A stretch of 32,000 nt of DNA. It comes from Thermoproteus tenax Kra 1. Lineage in GTDB: Archaea; Thermoproteota; Thermoprotei; Thermoproteales; Thermoproteaceae. Below, piece by piece: positions 9,001-16,900 of this stretch. Each line of letters begins with the position of its first letter. Position 1 is the stretch's first letter. A program made the translations under genes and the position numbers. The stretch lies in assembly GCF_000253055.1 (NCBI RefSeq), contig NC_016070.1, positions 30,001-62,000 of the forward strand, written 5' to 3'. Below the pieces are notes generated by a model that saw only the letters and a list, made by a program, of their open reading frames with translations, made no database searches and was not told where the DNA came from.

Positions 9001-9142
9001 CCACGTTGGGGTTCACCAACACGGTCTTGATGCCCTCCTCTCTGAAGGCCTTTAGAGCTTGAGAGCCAGAATAGTCGAACTCGGCCGCCTCGGCGATCTT
9101 GATGGCGCCTGAACCTATCACCAGGATCTTCCTAATATCCAT
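6086..9142 (-). CDS. carB: carbamoyl-phosphate synthase large subunit
   Basis: 1018 aa. The N-terminus [48 protein letters not shown] is diagnostic. There is an internal duplication of the ATP-grasp module (second copy ...[21 protein letters not shown]...) and a C-terminal MGS-like domain. Confidence 0.95.
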   Translation of the reverse strand: [1018 protein letters not shown]

Positions 9143-9279
9143 AGCCCTCCTCCCTCTCCTCTATTGGAAAAATCGCCCCGCCGACATCACCCATGGAAAC
9201 AACCCCGTATATAAGTTTGTCTCCGACTGGCTCCACCGTCCTTAGTGATCTCGGGCCAGCCGCCGGCTCAGAAGGGCGA

Positions 9280-9371
9280 CGGGCCCGGTGGGATTCGAAC
9301 CCACGACCTACGGCTCGCTTCAGCGGTACGCCTCCGAAGGCCGCCGCTCTTCCATGCTGAGCTACGGGCCC
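9280..9371 (-). tRNA. tRNA-Arg (anticodon UCG) with an 18-nt intron at the canonical 37/38 position
   Basis: The reverse complement folds as GGGCCCG-UA-GCUC-AGCAUGGAA-GAGC-G-GCGGC-CUUCGG[AGGCGUACCGCUGAAGCG]A-GCCGU-AGGUC-GUGGG-UUCGAAU-CCCAC-CGGGCCC-G. The TATA box CCTTAAAAGC ends about 21 nt upstream of the 5' end. No CCA is encoded. Confidence 0.8.
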
Positions 9372-9602
9372 TCCTCAAACTGGGAATATGCTTTTAAGGT
9401 TTCCGTCCATCATCATGCTGACGGTGGGCGCTCGCCACATTGGACGGCCAACTCCGCTGGGTTGCAGGAGCTCTGTCGGAGCGCCTGGGCCGCGGTCGGC
9501 GATTCGTTTACATCGTAAACTGCAAGCCTTGCCCTTTAGGGTTAGAGGGTCATATGTCGTTGGCGTCAGCGCCTGAGGGCCCCAGACTTCCACCGGCCTT
9601 AT

Positions 9603-9648
9603 GGCGCCGACTTGCGCCCGCCCTCGACGTCCGCCGTCAGTCGGCGCC
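9603..9648 (-). repeat. perfect 10-bp inverted repeat straddling the MFS stop codon
   Basis: GGCGCCGACT (9603-9612) pairs with AGTCGGCGCC (9639-9648) across a 26-nt spacer. The second arm covers the last codons and the stop (9637-9639) of the MFS gene. Confidence 0.5.
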
Positions 9649-10716
9649 TCGCAACGTCGCTGTTGCAGATATAAGGGCCAACGCCGATAAGATCGCCCAG
9701 GGGATGGCGGGGTTCAGCTCCATAGTATATGAGAAGACGTAGCTGAAACCCATGCCTAAGGACATATCGATGACGTTGATCACAGCCAAGGCGGCCGACG
9801 GATTGCCCAACTTGGCGCCCATCGCATAGATAGATGTAATATAGACAGTGTAGCCTAGCCCATAGGAGAAGACTAATAGCGGCGAGATCTCGGCTGGCGC
9901 GAGCGGCAACGCGGCCATTGCAACGGCTGTGAGAAACGCCGAGTAGAACGGGACGGCGCGTTTGTTTCTCACTCTATCGTATATAGACCCCAACATGCCT
10001 CCCAGAAGGCCGGAGGCCATAGTCGCCGATGATATGGCGCCGGCCGCCGAGGCGGGTACCCCTCTGTAGAAGTGTAGCCAAGTGGCGGTCAGACTGTTGG
10101 CGGCATAGGCGGCGCCCCATATGGGAAAGGAGGCCAAGCCCAACTTGGCGGCTCTCCACGAGAGAGACGCTGATGATCTGAGCCCCGGCTCTTTAATCAG
10201 AGGCGCGGACATAGCGACCGCGAGGAGGGCAGGCGCAAGAGCGGCGGCCCTCCAACCCAAAAGGTGCGCCGCATACCCCCAGTAATAGCCGGCAAACGCT
10301 CCTATGTTGAAAGAGGCGTTATACCAACCTAGGGCAGAGCCGGCTGATCTAGGTCTCAAGGCCACTAGGGCGGCGCCGGCGGTCGAAAAGAAGAGTCCGG
10401 CGCCTACGCCGGATATCGCTCTGAACGCCAAAGCGGTCCACCAATTCGGCGAAGTGGCGACAAGGGAGGATCCTATGCCCAGCGTGAAGAGCCCGAGCCC
10501 CGCCGTTCTGATATCGCCTATCTTAGAGCCTATCCAACTTGCAGGTATCTGGGCCGCCGCTGCGCCAATTATAAAGAAGGCCGGCATGAGACCCGACTCT
10601 GAGGGCGGCACAGAGAAGTCTTGTATCATCGCCGGCAACAACGGAGCTAAATAGAACCACATCAAGGCGTACACGGCCCTGGCTGCGAGAATATAGGCGA
10701 ACATATTGAGGCGCAC
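9637..10716 (-). CDS. MFS-type transporter
   Basis: 359 aa, about 10-12 hydrophobic spans, Gly/Ala-rich helices and a short charged loop (DRVRNKR) in the middle. TATA GCTTTAAATAG (10736-10748) is about 26 nt upstream of GTG 10716. ATG 10704 is an alternative start. Confidence 0.75.
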   Translation of the reverse strand: MRLNMFAYILAARAVYALMWFYLAPLLPAMIQDFSVPPSESGLMPAFFIIGAAAAQIPASWIGSKIGDIRTAGLGLFTLGIGSSLVATSPNWWTALAFRAISGVGAGLFFSTAGAALVALRPRSAGSALGWYNASFNIGAFAGYYWGYAAHLLGWRAAALAPALLAVAMSAPLIKEPGLRSSASLSWRAAKLGLASFPIWGAAYAANSLTATWLHFYRGVPASAAGAISSATMASGLLGGMLGSIYDRVRNKRAVPFYSAFLTAVAMAALPLAPAEISPLLVFSYGLGYTVYITSIYAMGAKLGNPSAALAVINVIDMSLGMGFSYVFSYTMELNPAIPWAILSALALISATATLRGAD

Positions 10717-10817
10717 TGCCCTGACGATCGCAAGTCTATTTAAAGCTCTACGGCGCGCCCACAGCGGAAGACGGCCTCAAGCTGGTTCTGATCGTACTAC
10801 GGAGAGGAGGGCCGGCA

Positions 10818-10937
10818 TGCGGCGGCCGGGATTTGAACCCGGGATCAACGGCTCACTGCGCCGATGGTGCGGCCTGGCAGGCCGCCATCCTACTCTGGGG
10901 GCTTTTGGCCGCCCTAACCAGGCTAGACTACCGCCGC
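10818..10937 (-). tRNA. tRNA-Gly (anticodon GCC) with two non-canonical introns (D-arm and variable region)
   Basis: The reverse complement folds as GCGGCGG-UA-GUCU-AGCCUGGUUA(GG)[~24-nt intron GCGGCCAAAAGCCCCCAGAGUAGG]AU-G-GCGGC-CUGCCAG-GCCGC-[~21-nt insert within ACCAUCGGCGCAGUGAGCCGUUGAUC]-CCGGG-UUCAAAU-CCCGG-CCGCCGC-A. 120 nt in total versus about 75 nt mature. TATA AACTTAAAAATTATCG is about 25 nt upstream. Confidence 0.75.
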
Positions 10938-10943
10938 CTATGG

Positions 10944-11921
10944 TCAGGTCAATCGATAATTTTTAAGTTTTTCTTCCACGAGGCGCCACACGACGACTCC
11001 GCCCTCCTCCCTCCCCTCTGCAACTCCCTCGAACTCGAGGTGCACTAGGTGGGACAAAGTCTCGCCTACGGCGAAGAACTTGTTATAGACATCCAGAGAG
11101 TCGAACTGACCTATGTCCCAACTGACTTCCCTGGCGACCTCGAAGGCCGTCTTGGGCCCCCTCGTCAGTATCTCCGCCACTTCGGCGAGTCTCTCTCTGT
11201 GGTGCTCCAGAATCTCGTCGATCCTCTTGTCCAGATCTTGTATAGGGTCGCCGTGCGCCGGATAGCCCATCGCCCCCAACCCTCTCACTTTGGCTAGGCT
11301 CTTGAGATAGTCGCCCAACGGGTCGTAGCCCTCGATCTTAACCCAATAGGAGATATTAGGCGTGATTTTGGGCAATATATGGTCGCCGGTGAACGCGGCG
11401 GCGCCCCTGACATAGACGGTGTGGCCCGGAGTATGACCCGGCGTCCACACAGCCCTTAGTCCACAGGGCAGACTCTCGCCGTCTCTCACAGGAATCCAGG
11501 GGAGCTGCCACACGTCTTCGAAGGCCTTTCTGAATCTGACCATAGGCGCCACCTTCTTCACTTCTTCGAGGAAGGCCTTGGGAGCGCCATGCCTCTCGAA
11601 CTCCTCGAAGAGGCCTCGCAGGAAGCCGTCGAAGTTAGAGCCTATTGAGAGCTCGCGCTCCCCTATGTAGTACTCGGCCTCAGTGATCTGCGACAGAAGG
11701 GACAGCAGAGTTATATGGTCTGCATGGTAGTGTGTGACGAAGACCCTCGTTATATCCTGGGGTCGGGCTCCAAGCTCTCTGAGCCCCCTCAAGAGGCCCA
11801 CCGCGCCATCGTAGGTGGCGAGCCCGACATCTATTAGGGCAAGGCCGTCCTCGCACTCCACAAGATAGGAGTTCACATGGCCGAGCTCCATGCCTGGGAG
11901 GGGCACTCTGATCCTCCTCAT
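10944..11921 (-). CDS. MBL-fold metallo-hydrolase
   Basis: VTHYHADHI (HxHxDH), a later TPGHTPGH and D..H ligands are present. The C-terminal ~80 aa look like a winged-helix appendage. The TATA box (TTAATTAATAAAG on the minus strand) is about 22 nt upstream of ATG 11921. Confidence 0.85.
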   Translation of the reverse strand: MRRIRVPLPGMELGHVNSYLVECEDGLALIDVGLATYDGAVGLLRGLRELGARPQDITRVFVTHYHADHITLLSLLSQITEAEYYIGERELSIGSNFDGFLRGLFEEFERHGAPKAFLEEVKKVAPMVRFRKAFEDVWQLPWIPVRDGESLPCGLRAVWTPGHTPGHTVYVRGAAAFTGDHILPKITPNISYWVKIEGYDPLGDYLKSLAKVRGLGAMGYPAHGDPIQDLDKRIDEILEHHRERLAEVAEILTRGPKTAFEVAREVSWDIGQFDSLDVYNKFFAVGETLSHLVHLEFEGVAEGREEGGVVVWRLVEEKLKNYRLT

Positions 11922-11975
11922 GGCACAATAATCACTTTATTAATTAATACAGTTTAGGACTGTCGAGGCCCTCAT

Positions 11976-12140
11976 CTTTATTATAAAAATTTATTGATTA
12001 TCTTCATTAATATAATAATTTTTTATTAATGTTTTAAATTAATTTTTGTATTTTTAATATAAATTTATTTTTTGTAAATTCAATAATATTTTTTAAAAAT
12101 ATCTAAGAGAAAAATTAAATATAATGTTCACTTAGCTTAT
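11976..12140. other. ~165-nt almost pure A+T tract (divergent promoter region, possibly more)
   Basis: Nearly uninterrupted A/T between the MBL gene and the wHTH gene. It is much longer than the 30-60-nt spacers elsewhere in the window. TTTTTGTA occurs twice, 26 nt apart (12043-12050 and 12069-12076). Confidence 0.6.
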
Positions 12141-12872
12141 ATGCCACACCTCTCTCCTGAGGCTGTTTTGATTTTGACCAGTCTGTTATTGGCTCAGACT
12201 AGGCTACGCTCAAGGGTCTCGCTATACCAACTAGCTAGGAGCACCAGCTTGAGCATGGCTACAGTATATAGAAAGGCGGCGGAGCTATCCAGACTTGGTC
12301 TCTTGCTAAAGTTAGGCAGAGGATCCTACGTGATAACTCCCAGAGGCTCATTCTATCTGGCCACAATCGCGCTTGAGGATGGCAAGCCTGAGCAAGTGCT
12401 CCGAGCGGCCGTGGCGAGGTTGAAGAACGATTGGGGGTTGGAGGAGTTCACAGATGAAGAGGTCGAGGCCTACGTAAGGCTCGTGTCGATTGGTCTCCAA
12501 AAGCTCGGCAGACCTCCCCTGGGCTTCTGCGCCGATGACTTCGGAAGGACCGTGCAAGTCTTGTTGCCTCCCAAGTTCTCCGGCTACGATGTGGTGGATA
12601 TGATAGCTCAGCATTTGGGGGTACCAACCGAGATGGTGAAGAGGGCCGAGCGCGTGATCGCTAAAGCTATTCTGGAGTTCTTTCCGTCCATTAGGCTCCC
12701 AGACGGCTGTAGAAGCGTAGTCATTCCGCATGGAGAGTACGGGCTCAAGTTGACGCCTCTAGCTGCATACTGCCGCGCGAGTGGGTACACTCTGGGTCTC
12801 AAATGTACTTACGGCCGCGTAGCTCTGATGCGAATTTTTCAGAAAGATGAAAATAAAGGTAATATAACATAG
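12141..12872 (+). CDS. putative winged-helix DNA-binding protein (candidate regulator of the adjacent oxidoreductase operon)
   Basis: The N-terminal stretch LYQLARSTSLSMATVYRKAAELSRLGLLLKLGRGSYVITPRGSFYL has a helix-turn-helix plus beta-wing pattern. The C-terminal 150 aa are unassigned. TATA AAATTAAATATAATG lies upstream of ATG 12141. Confidence 0.55.
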   Translation: MPHLSPEAVLILTSLLLAQTRLRSRVSLYQLARSTSLSMATVYRKAAELSRLGLLLKLGRGSYVITPRGSFYLATIALEDGKPEQVLRAAVARLKNDWGLEEFTDEEVEAYVRLVSIGLQKLGRPPLGFCADDFGRTVQVLLPPKFSGYDVVDMIAQHLGVPTEMVKRAERVIAKAILEFFPSIRLPDGCRSVVIPHGEYGLKLTPLAAYCRASGYTLGLKCTYGRVALMRIFQKDENKGNIT

Positions 12873-12880
12873 GAGAAGAC

Positions 12881-12893
12881 CCCCTCTTTTTTC
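12881..12893 (+). terminator. oligo-T terminator after the wHTH gene
   Basis: CCCCTCTTTTTTC (T6 at 12887-12892) lies 9 nt after the stop codon. Confidence 0.45.
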
Positions 12894-12941
12894 GCTAAAC
12901 AAGAGAACAAGTTTAATCTTGCTGCATAAGTACAGTAGTTC

Positions 12942-13946
12942 ATGTCTCAAACCTGGCCTGTGAGCTGGAGCGGTTGGGGGCCGTATATGCCGCCTGACTT
13001 TGAGATGATATGGGGCTGGCGCATCGCTGCGGCTGTGTTCTTCACCGCGCTTGGCGCAATGTCCATGTTGTTAGCCGCGTTCTATGAGATGAGGAAGATC
13101 AAGGGGCTGGCCACCAAGTACGGCATGTTGGCCGGCTGGGTCTTTATCATCATAGCGCTGGCCTTCTTCGTGATAGACCTGGGCAGGCCCGACAGAGCAG
13201 GCAATATAATCTTTATAGGTTGGCCCAACGGCAGACTGGCGCAGTCGTGGATGGACTGGGGAGTTATGTTCCTGGGAGGCATGTTCTTATGGGGCCTTAT
13301 ATATCTGGCGTCGCAGTTCGTTAAGGCCTTCCAGAGGCCGATACTTATGTCGGCGCTATACTTCCTAATTATTATAACCGCCGTGTTGTCAACTGTATAC
13401 ACTGCATTTCTATTCTCTGCTGCTGGCGGTAAGTCGTATTGGTGGAACGGCTCTCTGCCGTTGCTGTGGCTGTCCTCGGGCCTCGGCTATGGCGCCGCGT
13501 TCATGCTTCTGCTGGCTCGCTTCGTGAAGCTAGAGAGGGGGTCTGACTTGGCTAAACTGAGGCACTTTATACACGAGCTGAGCTGGATCGATCTACTCGC
13601 CGTCATCTTTGAGGCGTTCGCATGGATCATATTCTTGAGCGTGGCGTACGCCAACCATATGGAGACGAGAATCCCGCTGACGCAACTGTTGTTTGTCAAT
13701 TATGCGCCCTACTTCTGGGGCTTCGTTGTAACTCTTGGCATTGCTATCCCCCTACTGCTGGAGATAGCGCTTATGAGGACGGACCCCTTGGGCAAATTCG
13801 CCGCGTACGCTGTGCCCATAATATTTCTGGCAGTCATGATAGGAGGATATACTCTGAGATATATCGTCGTGGCTACAGCGTATTACTACAGCCCGTTCAC
13901 CCCATTGACAGAAGCAGTTAGCCAGTGGGGGCCATGGTGGTCGTAG
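12942..13946 (+). CDS. NrfD/PsrC-type integral membrane anchor of a molybdopterin oxidoreductase
   Basis: 334 aa with about 8-9 TM helices. The N-terminal W.WRIAAAVFFTALGAMS resembles the NrfD family signature. The gene sits immediately upstream of, and overlaps, the catalytic subunit gene. Confidence 0.8.
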   Translation: MSQTWPVSWSGWGPYMPPDFEMIWGWRIAAAVFFTALGAMSMLLAAFYEMRKIKGLATKYGMLAGWVFIIIALAFFVIDLGRPDRAGNIIFIGWPNGRLAQSWMDWGVMFLGGMFLWGLIYLASQFVKAFQRPILMSALYFLIIITAVLSTVYTAFLFSAAGGKSYWWNGSLPLLWLSSGLGYGAAFMLLLARFVKLERGSDLAKLRHFIHELSWIDLLAVIFEAFAWIIFLSVAYANHMETRIPLTQLLFVNYAPYFWGFVVTLGIAIPLLLEIALMRTDPLGKFAAYAVPIIFLAVMIGGYTLRYIVVATAYYYSPFTPLTEAVSQWGPWWS

Positions 13947-16900
13947 CAGCAAAGCTAACCAGGAGGGACTTCCTGAAGCTCGCCGCTGTCACGGGCACCG
14001 CCGTCGCCGTCGCGGCCACAATCAGCAAGGAGCAGTTCATATTCAATAAGCTGTTCAAAGAGGGGGGCAAGCTGGAGGCTGCAGCGGGGGACGTCGTGGC
14101 CTTTACGACTTGTTACGGCTGTTTGGGCAGATGTAACGTCCAAGTGACGATAAGCCCGAACAGATTGCCCAGATATATAGCTGGATCGATCTATACCAGA
14201 AATGAGGGCGCCACGTGCGCTATAGGGGCATCTACTATGATGCACTATCTGAGCCCTGGACGTCTAAGGTCGCCTCTATTGAGAGTGCCCACGAGCGAGA
14301 GATGTACGGGGGACTTCATAGAGATAACCTACGACGATATGCTCGACATACTTGTGAACGGAGATGACGCAGCCATTCTGAAGGAGAGGGGCTGGAAATA
14401 TGGGTTCTTGGGCATGAAGAAGATAAACCAGTGCTGCCCCGAGAAGTTCACATATTTCACAGGCAGAGACCAGTATAATCCCGCCGAGAACACTTGGTTC
14501 GCTGCAATGTTCGGCTCTCCGAACCAAGGCGGCCACGGAGGCTTCTGCGCGACTAATATCGCATCTGGCGGCTCCTATATACTGGGAGGCACTTGGTGGG
14601 AGTACGGCGGCTGGGACTCCAAATATATAAAGATATTAATCCTTGCGGGTGTAACTCAAGATCACTTCCCAACTATAATAAGAAGAGAAATAACTAAAGT
14701 TAAGGAACGCGGCGGCATGATTATCTATATGTCCCCCGAGAGGATAGGCAATTTCGGTCAAGTGGCCGACGAATGGTTGCCTGTGATGCCCGGCACCGAT
14801 GGCGCCGTTGTCTGGTCAATAATCCACGAGCTTATATCGGCTTGGAAGAACGGAACTAAGGCCATCGACGAGGAGTACCTCAAGTGGTACACCAACGCTC
14901 CGTGGTTGGTGATAACTAACCCCGACTACTCAATTAATCCGCCTCAAGCTCCCAACACCGGCTTGTTCCTCAGAGTCAAGAACAAGAACGGCGACTGGGT
15001 GCCTGCTGTCATGGGCTCGGACGGGAATCTCTATCCGTTCACCGACGTGCCGTGGCAGAGCGGCGTGTCGCCCGTCTTGGAGTACCGCGGAACTGTCACA
15101 GTCCCCAAGGGGCCTGACACGAGCGACACAGTGACCGTTAACGTTAGGACTGTCTTCACACTGATAGAGGACGAGGCGCTCAAGACGGACTGGACGCCGG
15201 AGAACGTAGAGAAGATAGCCGGCACACCTGCCTATAAGATAAGGGAGTTGGCCCATAAGATAATCGATATATTAAACAACGGCAGAGCCGTAGTACCCGC
15301 CAAATGGACCGACTATCTCGGCAGAGAGCACAATTACTTCATCGGTACGCCGGTCTCAGCGTATATCATGAGGGGAATATCGGCACACACAAACGGCTTC
15401 CAGACCACTAGGGCGTTTGCGCTATTGTTGTCCTTAATTGGCGCCGTGGATACGCCCGGCGGCTGGATGTATAAACCGCCCGCGCCGTGGCCTATACCAG
15501 ACGGCGACTATTGGCCGCCCTATATCACTCCGCCGGACCCCAGAATGAGAGTGACCGCCGATGATTACGCCGCGAATCCCTCCATGTTCACGGGACCCAA
15601 CGGCGAGAAGCTAATAGGAGCTATCGGAGGCACTATGATAACCGAGAGGGTTCTCAACGATGGGACTGTGCAAGTGACTCACGTGTACAAGGTACCGTAT
15701 CCTAAGGCTATCCAAGTAACAACCAAAGTCATAAACTATACTCCCGACAACGTAGTTGTTGACGACAATGGCCATCCGCTGTTGATCGACCGCGCCTTTA
15801 GTTGGGAGTTCCCATTTGCCCTCCACAGAGTGTGGACTGCTGTGAACATCGATGCCGGCCTTGAGTGGCCCTACAGGTTGGAGTTTCTATTGTGGCACAT
15901 AACTAACCCGTATTGGGACAACGCCTACGACATAGACAAAGACCTAGGGCTTCTGACGGCGAAGGACTCCGATGGAAGGTACAGAATACCCTTCGTAGCA
16001 ATAGTGGACACCTTCTATGGAGGCTCGGTGCCGTGCGTAGACCTAGTGATACCTGATACCACGTTCTTCGAGCGCTACGGCGAGCACAGTCTGTTGGACA
16101 GACCTACTAGCGCTGTCTACGGGCCAGCCGACAATATAGAGTGGCCCATACTGCCGCCCTTGTTCAAAGAGGTAAAGCCTTGGAGCGATGGAGAGATCAT
16201 ACTGGGCACTAAGCTGGGCCTGCCGGGCTTTGTGGACGAGAACGGCAATCCGATGTATCCAAACTTGATGTACGACTGGCTCTGGAAGTTCCAGTATGCG
16301 CCGGGCATAGGCGTCCTATATATGGCTAGGGGGAAGGGCGGCACGTCTTGTTGCAAGGGAGAGCCCAACCCAGATCAGATCAAGATGTACGTATATCCAG
16401 GCTACATTCCGGCGTCCAACTACAGCGATCAGAAGACCTATCCTCCGCCCCAAAAGGTGCCCGTCACTAACGGAGTCTATCCGCCCGGCGTCAACCCTGG
16501 CACACAGACTGTGGGACACGCGTTCGGCTACTACGAGCTGCCGCTGGAGATAAGGTACTATCGCCATGTAAACAAGGGGTATCTCAATTGGGCCGCCAGC
16601 GTCGGCATGATGCCCTATGCAAAGCCTGTCATCATCCAGCTGTACTCCGAGATAATTCAGAAGTACAGGCTCGCCGCCTACGGCTTGTGGCAAGGCTACA
16701 ACGCCTACTACTACTATATGTACGAGAAAACTAAGGATCCGAAATATCTGGACTTAGCTAGGAAGAACGCGTCTCCGCCCAACGACTGGTGGGGCTCCCA
16801 TGTGGCCGATATAATCAAGAAGTTCTACGACCCCATACCCTCGTGGTATCCGCCGATCGACTGGCAAGCCTCAGACGGCTCGCCGCCGGACCAGTACCCG

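Noticed and set aside
9132-9194. Possible 20-codon upstream ORF (MGDVGGAIFPIEEREEGYGY*) overlapping the carB start
   Set aside because: Its ATG is only about 18-19 nt from the TATA centre, so it probably lies upstream of the transcription start. It has no Arg or pyrimidine-related codon bias that would suggest attenuation. I cannot support it without TSS data.
9372-9416. AUGAUGA (minus strand, 9410-9416), considered as a C box of a C/D sRNA upstream of tRNA-Arg
   Set aside because: No CUGA D box or C'/D' pair lies at the proper spacing before the tRNA 5' end, and the interval is occupied by the tRNA promoter. A CTGATGA..CTGA at ~10160-10180 lies inside the MFS gene with the boxes adjacent, so it is also rejected.
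9288-9742. ORFs 9288..9518+, 9375..9593-, 9388..9576+, 9440..9742+
   Set aside because: They overlap tRNA-Arg, its promoter or the MFS 3' end. They have no promoter at a proper distance and their composition is not protein-like.
10706-11048. ORFs 10706..10966+ and 10833..11048+
   Set aside because: They run antisense through tRNA-Gly and the MBL gene 3' end, so they are shadow ORFs.
11925-12140. Annotating the A+T tract as a replication origin
   Set aside because: I could recognise no ORB or mini-ORB dyads, and there is no orc1/cdc6 or whiP gene in the window. It is kept only as a hypothesis in the findings.
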